Shown here: positions 13,928-27,500 of the stretch, piece after piece
Position numbering within the stretch: position 1 is the first letter of the stretch
Layout of the letters: every line of letters begins with the position of its first letter
Position numbers and translations under genes: made by a program
Notes under the pieces: model-generated
Told to the model about the DNA's origin: nothing
What the model saw: the letters and a program-made list of their open reading frames with translations, nothing else
Database searches by the model: none
Source of the DNA: Podarcis cretensis
Lineage: Eukaryota
Length of the DNA stretch: 64,000 nucleotides
Reading direction: 5' to 3'
Assembly (NCBI GenBank): GCA_951804945.1
Contig: OX638153.1
Coordinates: 56,730,001-56,794,000 of the forward strand

Positions 13928-15943
13928 TATTGGGGTCCATAGGAAAAAATCATTACTAATTATGTTCATGGTGGGAAGGGGCAATAGTACAGCAGTAGAG
14001 CAGATGATTTGAATACAGGTGGTTTTAAGATCAATCCCTGGCACCTCTAGTTTACACAGGGCCAACCCAAGACATTTGCTGCCTTAAGCAAGCACCTCCT
14101 GCCATTTCTATGTACAGAAGCCAACTGGACTGAAAGCCAAATCTTACCACAATGCTGGTCATGGAATAGCACACTCCACTAAATCTCAGAAGGCTAACTT
14201 CGGAGGGCCATGTCAGGCCTTGTAGCACACACAATTCTGTCCTCCTGACAGAAGGAACTGGGCGGGGGCCTTATGAGGCACAGCCAGGAAGCTGCTGCTG
14301 GCATCCTCCATCTGCCACCTTAGGCAGTTGCCTCACTTTGCCTAATGGTAGGGCCAGCCCATGATTTAAGTAGCTCAGGTAGCAGGTGATAGGAAAGGTC
14401 TCTGTCTGAGACCCTGCTATTCCTAGGGTACCTCCAGACCAGCCCTATCTTGCAGGAGGCATTCAAGCACATGCTGGATTAAACTTTTATACATACAAGT
14501 ATAATGCCCCAAATGTGCAATTAGTAAACCTATCACTAGATGGTGCTTGGAGATATATTATTCACATTGCTGAGTGGCCATAATTCCTAGGATATGCAGC
14601 TGTGTCACCTAAGGTAATGAATTGTTGCTCCCATTAATTCATTACTCCGTGTACCTCCCATTGATTCAAATTAGTCAGGCAATGACTATTTGTTCCTCAT
14701 TATTCCATCCATCAAGTGCCATTCATTTGGTCCAACCTGTTCACACTAATACAGTAAACTCATGTAAATACTCCTGTGTTCATAACAACAGTCTGGTCAG
14801 AACTAGTGAATGGAAGTACAGCAAAACTGAGGATTCATCTGTCTCAAGATCACACAGAAAATTTGGTAGCAAAGTAACACATGGACAGAACCTAAGATTA
14901 ACAGCAGCACATTTTCTATTCTGATAATGGTGTTTCTTCACTGAAAATTCAAACTCCACTCGGTCATTAAAGCCTCATAGAAGTGAAGGTAAGCCATGCT
15001 TGAGTGTTCTCTTATACGGTGAGATAAAAAGTCCAGCTACGGATTCAAAGGCAATGGAGTGCCAGATTGTTCACTAAAGTACATGACTGCCTAGTCCTTT
15101 CTAATCTTCTAGTATTATTAATGGAAGCAGCCGGTACAGTGGCAGACTGATCAGAAGAAAGTTGTCTCATTTATTAGACATCCTTTATACTTTGACAGAT
15201 AAATAGGTACACTTCAAGGAAGATTTGTGGAACTCCCTACTGATTTCAGACAAGTATCAACAGTGTTCAGTTTTAGACGCTTGCTTAAGACCTTTCTGTT
15301 TATAATGATTTTTTATGCTGTTTATGGTATATTGTGCTTTTATGTTGTGCACCATTATGATGTTTTTATGTTAAGCAGTATATACATTTGTGCCATAAAT
15401 AAATAAAATTACATTAAGTCTAATGAAATGACTTCCCCAAGATTCTATTAAATGTCATCATCAAAATGAATAGTACTAGTACTGGACAGCACATTTTGTA
15501 ATGAAGCAACATAAATTCCCATGTTTTAATTGACACACGTTTCTGTCCTAAAACACTAGCTGTTTTTAGGATATTACATCTCAAAATAATGCTAGAAGTA
15601 GAGATTCACTGCTCAAATGAGACAGTATTCTACCTACCAACCAGGTACACTTGGTATGTAATTTATAGTACTAGGTAAAGAAAATACCAAAAGTATACCA
15701 AAATCCAGCAGACATTGCAAACAATATAGTGTGCATGGGATTATTATTGTAGCTATTAAGTAGGTAAGAGTATGTATTATTGTATCTCTTGACCTTTAGC
15801 AACCATGATAATGCTTAGTTCCCAATGTTTAGTAACTATTCTGTTTTGCAGCCCATGGAAAGGTGAGAAGAACAAGACTCCGTGATGCTGCAGACAACTC
15901 CACATCAGAACACTGAAGTCTGAACTGGATACAGAAAAGCAAA

Positions 15944-18534
15944 ATGGCTGCCTTCATTGCTGAAAACTTCCGCTTCCTTTCACTTTTCTTCAAGAGCAAA
16001 GATGTGATGATTTTCAATGGCCTGGTGGCTCTGGGCACTGTTGGAAGCCAAGAACTTTTCTCTGTGGTTGCTTTCCATTGTCCATGCTCCCCAGCCAGGA
16101 ACTACATCTATGGTCTGGCTGCCATTGGTGTACCAGCTCTGGCCCTGTTCGTCATTGGTGTCATCTGGAACAATCACACTTGGAACTTGGTAGCTGAATG
16201 CCACAAACGAGGAACCAAGAACTTTTCAGCAGCAGCCAACTTCTTGATCTTTGGCTCTGTCATGGGACGGGCTGCAGTTGCTCCTGTTACATGGTCCGTG
16301 ATCTCACTGCTTCGTGGAGAGGCTTATGTCTGTGCCTTGAGTGAATTCATAGAACCTACATCTCTGGATAAGTTTCCACCTGGCTACGGTGCAGAAACCA
16401 TGGCCAGGTTCCCTTGTAAAGACGTGCCACAAAACTTGACAAGATTTCAGGATGAGGTTATAAGACGATTAAAGTATGAGTCTCAGGTATTGCATTTTAC
16501 TTACTTGTTCGTCTGAAGCAGAGGAGTGCTGCCTCCTGCTTGGAATAAGAATAATTAAGGGCTTAGAACATATTTTTCCATTCCAAAATGTGTGACACAT
16601 ACCTGATAAGCTGTAAATTCCTAAAACAGGTTCATTTTAGAGTCTTTATTAACTTCCCCTGTATCAACTAATACGATTAACTAATGGTAATTCCCTTGAT
16701 TACTATTTTCCTTTCATTTTCTGCTAGTGAGTTTGCTTTTTCTTTTATTCCATTATCATTGTACATAGTTACTGTTAGTATTCATATCATGGTATGAACT
16801 TTGGGTTTTCAGGATATCGTAGTATGATAGCATGCCCCTGGGCTTTCTTTAGATCTATGTGATTCTGCACCCATTTGCTGTTCTGGGCAAGGCTTAGACG
16901 TTAGTTCAGTTTATTCTGTGGCTGCCCCAGTGGGGGCTGATCTACAAACCCTTGCAACACAGTTCTTTGCATGATTACTTGAAGCAGCTACACTCAATGC
17001 AGTGAAGCTCCCCCCACAGTAAGAAAACATTGGATTGCAACCTTAAATGGTCAACAATCTACTGAACTGTCCTCTCTTTAGCTTCATTTTCAGCCTCTGT
17101 CTGGCCACTGGTAACTAAACTCTCTTATATTTCTCTACAACTGGGGCCCTCAACATAGCACCCTCAGACACTCCTTGACATTCACAAAGGCCCCCTGCGG
17201 CTCCCCATTGTTTGTTTTTGTTTTGGGGTATTTGTTTGGTTCGAAAGGATACCTGTTGTGAGGAGGGTTGTCTGATTTGGCAGGGGTATGTGTGTTATAG
17301 GTGCTTTGCTTGTTTTAGGGCAGGCATGTACAACTCCCAAGAGACTGATCTACTCCCAGTATAAAAAAATTGGCAGTGATCTACCCAGTCATTGGACAGT
17401 GGTGTAGCGTGGGGGGTGCAGGGGGGGCTGGCCGCACCGGGTGCAACATCTGGGGGTTAGGGTTAGGGGGCGCAAATCCATGGGTTAGGGGGCACAAATC
17501 CATGGGTTAGGGGGCGCAAATCCATGGGTTAGGGGGCGCAAATCCATGGGTTAGGGGGCGCAAATTACTTGCCTTGCCCTGGGTGCTGACAACCCACGCT
17601 ACGCCACTGTCATTAGAGGGGGAGCATGCATGGGGTGGGTGGATTGCCCGAAGTTCTTTAGCTTTTTTTGCGGAGGATTGCCCGAAGTTCTTCAGCTTTT
17701 ATTTGTTAACTTTTGGTAAACTGTTTCTTAATCCCATGATCGATAGGGGTCCCGCGATCTACCAGGATCAGCCAGGGATCTTCTGGTAGATCGCGATCTA
17801 CTGGTTGGACATGCCTGTTCTAGGGGATGTTGGGAAAGCACCACTTTTTCCTTTTGTGACTTGTTTTTCACTGCCCAGGACAGTTTCAGAGTCCCAAATG
17901 TGCCCCCACCCAGAAAGCTTGTGGGTCCCTGTTCCAGGATATATTGTATTTTTCCATGTATATGAACTAGGTTTTTGCAATTTCCAGTTTTACCAACTGT
18001 GAGAATTTTTCTATTTATATACAAATCAATGTGTGGTAGCCAAGGATATCCTTTTGAACCCTACTTTCTCCTAAAGGGAATGCAAATTTTAATTGGTTTA
18101 TTTGTCTTTCTCTTCAGCTGTTTGGGTGGATGCTCATTGGTGCGGTTGCAGTTCTTGTGTTCATCACCAAGTGCCTCAAACACTGCTGCTCACCACTCAG
18201 CTACCGCCAGGAGGACTACTGGAATCTGTACCGCTCCAGCGAGGCCAAACTCTTCCAGCGCACTGCTGAGATACACTCGAAGGTTGTGGCTGCAAACAAC
18301 GTCAAAAACTTCTTTGGCTTTGTGTGTCTGGATAAGGAGGAGAAAGAGTTGGTGCAGGAATTTGCTGTCGAAACCCTTCAGCCCAGGCCACAATGGGATG
18401 CCATCACAGGGGTCTATATCTATCGGGAGAAGAACGGCTTCCCCCTCTATAGCCGTCTCCATAAATGGGCCAAAGGTGTGACAGGAAACAGCTTAGGTCC
18501 TGACAGCCAGGAAATGGCCTTCTTAGCTACCTAG
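15944..18534 (+). CDS. CALHM2: Calcium homeostasis modulator 2, complete CDS join(15944..16486,18118..18534), 319 aa
   Basis: MAAFIAENFRFLSLFFKSKDVMIFNGLVALGTVGSQELFSVVAFHCPCSPARNY is the CALHM2 N-terminus. Donor YESQ|gtattg at 16487. Acceptor tctttctcttcag|CTG (LFGWMLIG...PLYSRLHKWA). TAG at 18532-18534. Confidence 0.96.
17321..17817. mobile_element. hAT-type MITE in the CALHM2 intron (outer element of a nest)
   Basis: TIRs CAGGCATGTACAAC / GTTGGACATGCCTG. 8-bp TSD TTTTAGGG / TTCTAGGG. Confidence 0.75.
17397..17609. mobile_element. Inner hAT-type MITE with a 22-bp tandem repeat (17460-17564)
   Basis: TIRs CAGTGGTGTAGCGTGGG / CCCACGCTACGCCACTG. TSD TCATTGGA / TCATTAGA. Unit GGGTTAGGGGGCGCAAATCCAT x ~4.8. 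Confidence 0.8.
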
Positions 18535-21500
18535 CAGAAGCTGTGGACTTAAACACATTTCCCTGTTGGGAGTAAGTCCCATTGAACTCAATAGGGTTTA
18601 CTTCTGAGTATACATGCATAGAATGAACTGGACTATAAGAGTGACCACCGCTCTTGGTACATCTGTGCTGTATACCTTCATTTTATCTGTTGACCTAAGC
18701 TCTCAGCAAATGATATGGCTAATGGATTTGATGTGAGTGGTCATCCAAAAGACTACATTTCGAAACAGAAATTGAAGGAGCAGCAGAATGTCTGGAACTG
18801 TGGACTACTAAACTAAGACCACAGGACTGTGAGTCAAAGAGAATAATAAATCTAAAAGAAAACATTGCAGCTAATCTCTTGGATTGGGACAGCTGGTCTG
18901 ATACCCAGAGGCCTCTCACTGATGTATTCTCACATACAATGGAAAGAAGAGGAAATGAACTGGATGCTCTGCTTACTCAAAAATTGCTGATTATTTTCCT
19001 CCTCATTTTGAAGACAATATAATGCCATCATGCAGCTGTGCCTTAGCTTACTTTTGTTTGACTTCCTCCAGGAGGGCTCAAACATACATATATGTGTGTG
19101 TGTGTATGGGTGGGGAACCTGTGGTCCTCCCAGAGGCTGCCGAACTCCAGCTGACATCAACCCCACACAGCATGGCCAATGATCAGGGGATGATGCATGC
19201 TGTAGGCTGGAAACATGTAGTAGGCAACAAATTTCTGATTGCTAGTACAAGAAATTATCAGCGGAATCTCTCAGAAACCTACTTCCCTATCAAGATTCAG
19301 GACTAGGACCCATAGGATTGGCTGAATTCTGTTTTTGTGAGTGGCATCTGCCCTGTATTTCCTCCACAGGATTAAAAAAAAAAAACCACCTAACTGACCT
19401 AGACTGGATTATTTTATTTAATGGAGAAGACTCTGCAGTTTGCACTTTTATGATCCCGTTTCTCATTATGACTCTTGTACATGCCTTCCCATGTACTGGA
19501 CTTCTGATGATAGCACAATTGTCTCTGAATAACTGTCTACCAGCAAAGAGCTACTATTGCTTTCCCCATTTATTACAATTATCTTCATATCTTTTACCAA
19601 AAATGTTGCAAGGTTCATCTTAGTTTGGGGACCATCCTTTCTTAATAAAAGTTTGTGGGTGAGAGTTGAAGAGTATGGTAAAGGGTCCTGCTTCAAGGGT
19701 CTGTTGTCCAAAGGGTGACTACCCAAATTATTAAATCAGGGATTTTATCTAATTACCTGAATTGCTGCTATACAGAAAAGCACTTCTATTTATTTCCAGG
19801 ATGGCTAATAGGTGGCCTCCAGATATTGGACTCCAGTTCCAATCAGCTCTAGCTAGCATGGCCAATGGTCAGATTATGGGAGTACAGTCTAACAATATCT
19901 AGAGGCGTACAGGTTCCCTATCCATGACATATTCTACCTTTGGCAAGGTATGAACATTTAGTATCCTCAGCAAAAACCATAATCAGAATTTGATGCCTGC
20001 TTGGAGTTTTAAGCCACACTAAGATGAACAGAAGACCTGAAGAGCTTCCTTTTCCTGGCTGAGGGACCCTATAAGAAGTCCGGTATCATGTACTGTAATT
20101 TGATTTTGTGTTTTTACACTCCACGGCTCTTTCTAAACGCTGTTATAATTTCTCATGGCTTTTATGGTCTTCCTTAATCAAATATGGCACAGACCACATG
20201 GACTGTATAAACAACATGATCCAATATATGTTTTGTCATTTTTCATGGTTCCAGTAAATGCTGCAACAGTCACCTTTCAAGTGACTTAACATCCGCATCT
20301 CTAGTTTTCTTGGGCATTCAAGACATTCACAAGATTTATGTGGAATTGTAACATTAAACCATTATGGTTCTGTGAAGAAATCTTAACATTAGTCTCACAT
20401 GTGTCTGTCACATACCAAAATCTATAGGCATTGCAACTCACTCTCCCTGGCTTACTATACCCCACTGCTGGAATGCATATAAAAGGATGGGTTATGCCTG
20501 CTTTTCCAGGTCAGTTCAGTGTAAATGATCAGAAGAGATCTTGCCCCTTGAATTAATCAGGTGATCTGATGATTTTACATCAGTTCTGTGTTGTTTGTAA
20601 AATATATTCTGCTTATCCCAATTGTATTATTGCAAAGCTTTTGATAAGGATCAAGTAGGCACAAAGGGGATAGAAGCAGTAATAAATGGGATGTAAAAGA
20701 GAAGGGACCAAGATGTACAGCTGCTAAATGTTAAGAGAATGGATGTGAGACATTACCCTTACATTATTCACTAGGCGGCTAGGCCTTTTTCTGTTCACCA
20801 GTTAAATAAATTACATTCTCTGGATTCTGTGCAATGCAGATATAGGAGTTTTGCCTTGGAAAGTGTTTCTAATTTGGGTCATGGCTATATGACAAATCAG
20901 ATATCAGAGGACCATTTTCACCTGCTATTTTTACATTGGGTTTAGGTGCTAAGTATATGTGCCATTTTAAAATAAGGGCTGGAAAACAGCCCTGGCATAA
21001 TTTTCTAGGTATATATTCATAAAGTACGGCATCAGTGAGTAACTCCAACTCTTGCATATTGGCATAACCAATAGTCCTCTCTTAAGTCAGATTTATGATA
21101 GACTGTATGTATGTGAGAATGAATCTAATGAGACAAGCCAGGAAACACACCCTAGAATACTGGCAGAAGACAGACACCAGAAGTATTCCTTGCACCTTTG
21201 AAAATGAACAGAAGAAAAAGGAAGCTTTAAAAAACCCTGGTTCATTTAATGAGCAGAGCAACAGGAAAGCACAAAGTAGTGGGTGACTTTCTGCTATTTT
21301 TATACTCCAAAATAAATTTAAATAAAGCTCCAACTATAATTCTCATATTCAAAAGTTTTTGTAAGGTTCAATAGGTATAAACATCTACAGAAACTATGCT
21401 CTCACACAGTTCTTGATAAAGCATAGTAATTTGGTCCGGGCTAACCCAATCTGCTTTTGAGATCAGGACATGGAGCAGGCAGAAACACTCTCCTCCTTGC

Positions 21501-21584
21501 AGCTATGGTCTGCTTCTCTGTCCCTGCTGCCTCTTGCACTGCAAGTGAGAACAAAAAAAGCCTGACTGCTCTAGAAGTTAGCCC

Positions 21585-24500
21585 TCAAGCAAGATTGCTT
21601 TTGGATTCCACATATTCCAGTGCTGCTGCCTTCACAGCCTGGACTGTTTCTGCTGTGCCATACTTCTTCTCGTATTCCAGATAGCGCTTAAAGAAAAACT
21701 TCATCTTCTTCGCTGCTAGGCTTAGGTGTATTACACGTTCAAAAATATCCCTGCAAAACAAAAACAAGGAAAACTCTTTTTTATTATGCAATCAAACAGG
21801 TAACAAACAAACAACAGAAAAAGCATGGGCCTGGGAGTTAGCTGATCCTGTGGGTACAAATCTTTCTTGCCCATCATAAGCACTTTATCAAAATGATGCC
21901 TAGAAGACAGGAAGTGACTACCACATGTGTTTCCAGAAAATTCAGACATTGTGTTCAATCACAGAGCTTCAGATTCCTAGCATCTACAAGGATCTGTTCA
22001 CAGAGTTTCTGAAACTAGAACAAGTTTCACTTGTGTGTTTTCCTTCAGAGTTCAGTACACACATGCTTGGAGGGGTATATCACCCTCATTGAGAAATCCT
22101 GCTCTGTCAAATGTCAAGCACATCTCAGTTGCTCTTTACAAGCATGGCAGGGGACCCCTAGCCTGAGAAGTGAGAATATTTTTAGTCTAAGAGCACGCCT
22201 GCAGCAACCGGAGCTCAGTTCACATGTAACAGAAAACTATGGTTTTCTGCTAAGAGAACAAGCTAAGGCTCACCCACATAGTGGAGTTCTATGAATTCCC
22301 ATTACATGTAAACTCAGCTAGGATGTTAGGACGCAAAACTGATTTACTAGAATTGGTAAGAGACAAAAATCCTTTGCTTCTTCTCTTGTTAGAGAGTAAG
22401 TAGTGTTGGGGCCTTTTAAGGGCTGTTTTGCTACTGAAAAGGGAAATAAATTTCTAGAAACTTGGAAGAGAGAGCAGAAAGGTATAATCAGTCATGCTTC
22501 AAGGACAGGCTCTCTGCAATTCCCTTGACTGTTAACAAAAATCATATGGTGTTGCTCTGAAGCCACATGCCCCACACCCCAGTTTTCATACCAGCAAGTT
22601 CTTTAAATTTCTTTGCTATGGAACAATATTTTTTTTACCAGATTGCAATTAAATTTTACATACATTTTGTGCCTTTTCTGAAAACTGGGAATCATGGCCT
22701 ATGAGTATGAAGGTTCCCATGCTAGACTCTCAGCTTCCAGGCTGAGAGAAGGGAAAGTATTGAGAAAGAAAGCCAATGGGTTCCTCTAGTAAATAGCAGG
22801 CCTAATACAGGTTCTTAATGCTTACCATCCAGTCACTTCCTGCGGCACCTTTCAGAGTTGTTAAATATTTGCTCACATGAAATCAAGCTTCCCAGCTTCC
22901 CTGGATTTAAGGCCAAGAAGCATCCCTTATGTTGTATTTCCTAGGAAGTTCAGAAGTACCAGCCCACTTTCCCATGCTAGTACTCACCGTACTTCCTTTT
23001 GGCTGCCATGTTTGATCATCATGTCTATGTACACTGACCAGATGTCTGTACGCTTCGGGTAGGTGCTCAGGGTATTCTCAAAAACAGTCTTGCCATACTC
23101 CAGATCACCAAACTGGAACTCCAGCTGCGCCAGCTTTGATATCACATCCAGATCTGCAAAAGTGCATTTTAGAAGTGTTCTTCTGGCTAGTCGTCACTGC
23201 CTCTGCTTAGAGTTCAAGGATGCTGTAGTTACTTTGGCAATAATATTAGCAAGGAATTGGGGTTCCATGCTACCAAATTCCCAGAGTAGGCAACAAAACT
23301 AAAATTATTAAACACCCGCCCGTTCATAAAATGTGCACTGATCATTGTGTTGGCAATTTTTTTATTGTTTGGGTTTCCTTCAGTGCATTGGGAGGGAAAT
23401 AAATGAAATTATGCAATCAATGCAAAAGGATATCTTGCATTCAATCTAGGCTATGAAAATCCTGTCTGAATTTCTCAAGCCATTCGTAAAACTGCAGCAT
23501 CCAGGAATATACACAATCCTTTATATTAACTTTGAAATCTCCCCATTCAGAACATGCTCCACCCCCCCAATCCCTAAATGATTAACTTTGAAAAGTATTT
23601 TTTTTAAAGGAAAGTACCAATAAAATTATTGAAAGAATTTGCTAACAATGGCTATGGATATTTTTAGATTCACAGCACATACTGCATTTCCTAGATATTA
23701 CCTGTGTACTGCATAAATAACCAACATGATGTTTAGATGCTAATCATAGGAAAGAAGAGCGAAGTGGTTCTTACGTTCTTTGACTGGCAGGCACTTCAGT
23801 GCACGTGGGAGGAGCTTATGAGCTGCCTCCACCAAGCCTCTTTTCAGGAGAAAAGTGGTGTACTTCACCCACACAGACTTTTCTTGACGAAAGCGCTTCA
23901 GCATTGTGTTGTACAAGTCATCAGCTTGCTGAAAATAAAAATCAGAGGAGAGAAGATCATTCAAACCATGGAAACACACTTTGAATCCTGTGGTTCTCCC
24001 TTGCCTTTGTATGCTATTCACAACTGTATGTATCTTGGAGTACAGAACCCAACTCATGGGCCCCAGAGAATATTATGCAGCCAACAAGCTAGAGCAAGAG
24101 GCAATGTGGTGGTACTGCTTAGATGAAAAAGAGGAATGTAGGGAAATCAGCCTGATGCTTGTCCAAAATGGAGGAAAACTCCACAGCATGATAAATCCAC
24201 AGGGTAGATGGAAGCGCAGGATCCAGGTGGATCAACCACGGTGGGCTCTTCCGAAGAACAGAATGAACAAGCAATTTCCCTGCCAGACTCAGTGAGCAGA
24301 AGTGATCTTTCTCTCGGCAACACTGTAAACCCAGCCTCACCTTATATTTCTCAGAGCCACTGTAGATGTCTGCCAGCTGCTGGAAGACCTTCAGAGGCTC
24401 GTTGTACTGGATGGCTCTTTCAAAGACTTTCATTAGAGCTTCCTCGGTGCCATACATGTTCTCCAGGTTCAGCAGTGCAACCCACACGTTCAGCTTCTCT

Positions 24501-27500
24501 TGCTCCTCTCTGAAAGAAAGAAGCACCACAAATAACCACCCTACCTACACATGGCTCAATGCTCGCCTTTTGCTCAACAAATCCCCCTGGGAGAGAAAGC
24601 AGGAGATCTGACTGGACAACGTCTGTGAAGGGAGGGGAGAGAAAGTAACAGAACTGTCCACTTTGTTCTGCAGGTGCCCCTCCCACGAGATAAAGCCAAG
24701 CTAAGCATGCATGGGCAATAGCAGCTCATCAACTAAAAGCTAAAAATGGATGATAAGGGGAAGCAGTTCACCTAAAGGAGATGGTTTTGAGTGCCCTTTC
24801 TGCCACAGCTCTTGCTTTCTCTATCTCCGTAGCCTGAAGGTGAAAAGCCATGTACTGCAACCAGAGGATGGAGCTGTCTGGGTTGCCAAGGAGCAATCGG
24901 TCAAAGTCGTCGGCTGTCTGAGGTTGCCGGCTGGGATCCATCAGGGCAGCTTCAAGTTTGGAGAGTTCCTTCTCTGCCTTCTGCTTCTCGAGCTCTTTTT
25001 TCTTCTTTGTCTGCTTCTTGGTCTTAAACAGAGGGCCAAGGCAGAAGAGGAAGGCAATTAGTTGAAAAGGATAGAGAGAGAGTTTTGCAAGTAGGGGCAT
25101 GGCTCAAAATTCAGCTGCATATACAAAAACACTCTTTTCAGAGCAACACATCTAGAGAAAAAGAACTATATACGGATAGTCTCTATAGACATAGGTATAT
25201 ATAAATAAGTGATCCATGAACCCCAGATGCAAGCCTAAAACACAAAAGGCCTTTTGCACAAATTAATTCCTGACATAGAGCTAAGCTAATTTTAGAAGCA
25301 AAACACTGCCTTTGTACTTTCTAGGCCAGCAAGATAGTACTTCTCTTAAGAGGCCTAAGTAAACAGGATTGCATACCAAGCACTATGCAAAGCAAAATAC
25401 ATTGAGATACTCTACCGTGGACTCTGTAACATCGTCGTCGTCTTCTTCGCTGTCAGAGCTTTGCTCCCTCTGGTTCAACATGGTCGTATCCAGCACACTT
25501 AAGCCTTCCTCCCATGTAAAGCTGGCTGAAACCTGCAGCCTTGGAACTTTCTTTTCCTACAGAAAACACAATCAAGAAAAAAGCCTCTATTTAGAAACAC
25601 ACACAGCAAGCATCCCACACAAAGCACAAACAATGCTCCAGTCTTTTACCTTAGATTTTGTTGCACACTTCTTCTCTTCTCCCTCCTCTTCTTCCCGATA
25701 GTAGACCTCAACACCACTATCATCATCTTCAGGGCAACGAGTTTTCTTCTTTCGTGCTTTAACCTCCTAAAAAAAGTTCAGGTAGAGCAGCTTAATTTAA
25801 AAAAAACAAAACATTTTTGTGTGTGTAGTTTGTTTGCATCGTTGGATAACTGTTCACATCAACAGTGGGGTTAAAACCCCCTTTTCCAGGATAAATACCT
25901 GCTCACTTTCAGAGTTTCCCCTTTTTCGCTTTTTCGGCTGCGCGTCCTTTTCACCAACTGGCAGTTCTAGGGACTCTGGGATAATGCTTGGCTTCCCAGT
26001 GTCTTCAGGAAGGAGAGAGAGCTCTACAAGGTTCTTTTCTTTATTTATACTGCAGAATGAGTAAAAGAGAAAGGGCAGAAAGAAAGTGGCAGGAGAGATA
26101 AGGAACTGCTATAAACATTAAATCTACACAGTACTTTCTTAATAGTAACACAGGCTTTAACATTATTCAACTTGTTGAGCATCACACCAGCCCTCTATGG
26201 TAATCATTATAATTTCCATTTCATAAGACAGCGAGCAGAGGAAAATATAGAAATGCTTTCCCCAATACCACCTGTTAGCCCACAACTGTTGTGATATCTG
26301 AACTCTGGTCTTTGTTGTCCTGTGAACCATACTGTCCCCATGTGTCTCCGCAATATTTTCCATCCCAGATTCACCCCTCTATTAGGAAACATCACACCTA
26401 CCTGAAAACCTTGGCAGTAAGAAACTGGCCGGCATGTATGTATTTTGCACACAATGAATTATCCAAGATGAAGAGAGGAGAGATAAATTGTGGTGGGATT
26501 TGACCCACAACCGAGTCAGACAACCTGCCAAGGGGAAAAAAGGATAGTGGCATATAGTAACACAGGTTTATTTTGCTCCTATTGCAGACCAGCTTTATTT
26601 CTTAAAAGAAAAATGTTATAAGTGAAATGGTGGACAAACTCCACCCCACCCCTCATTGATTAAAATTTATTCAGATTGTTCAGGGTTAGGTAAAGTTGCT
26701 CTGAGATGGAACAATTGGCCATTCCTGACTTCCAGAACTATAGGCTCCAAACTGCTCTACAATTTATTTAGACACCATTCCAACAAAAATTCACAACGTG
26801 GAATTCGCTTTTTTATGGTCAGCAAGGGAAACTTACCCAAAGAAGATGCCTGATGGAGTGATGGATTTGACATAGCCTCTGACAAGCTGACCATTCTGAA
26901 GATCGTCGAGGGATGTGATTTCAGGGTCTTCCACTTTACAATGGCTCTTGGGAGTTATCCTATAACAGAAATGGAGAAGTAGTGAAACGCCCTATTTCTG
27001 GATAGGCTTCTTTATTAGAAAGGACACTTCTAGTGACTGCAAAGCGGAAAATCCTGACAATATAGTAAAAAAAAAAAACCATATCCATAGTACAGAAACT
27101 ATTGCAACATATGCAAGGGCTTTGAAATGCTGACAACTTCTATCTCCATTTTGTTAATAAAGAAAAGTAGAGCTCTAGCTGCCCTCGAAAAGCTTACAGT
27201 TTAGAAAGCAATGAACGAAGGAGAAGTCCTAGTGGGATTTCTTCATTTCCCCTGTTCTTAAGAACTGGACATAAAAAAGTCAAGAATAAACAAGAAACCA
27301 CAGTATCCTAAAAAAAAATTCAAGAACTCAAAAACAGCAAGCAACTTTAGCAAAGGAATCAAAGGACACATATTTATCTACTTTGCAGAATCCATTCCAA
27401 ATGCAACAAAATTTTGTAGTTGCGCTTTAGGCCCAAATGTTAGGTTCCCTCTTCCTATGTCCCAAATAGTAGGGCAGTTTATGCTAATTTTGAAAACCTG

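Noticed and set aside
1046-15850. CALHM3 or another paralog between CALHM1 and CALHM2
   Set aside because: No CALHM-like exon seen. By synteny CALHM3 is expected upstream of CALHM1, outside the window.
17460-17564. Regular 22-bp repeats as a CRISPR array or true telomere
   Set aside because: Head-to-tail repeats without spacers, inside a eukaryotic MITE. Not a pure (TTAGGG)n tract.
17975-18481. 168-aa ORF overlapping CALHM2 exon 2
   Set aside because: An alternative frame starting in the intron at a non-ATG codon. The CALHM2 frame explains the region.
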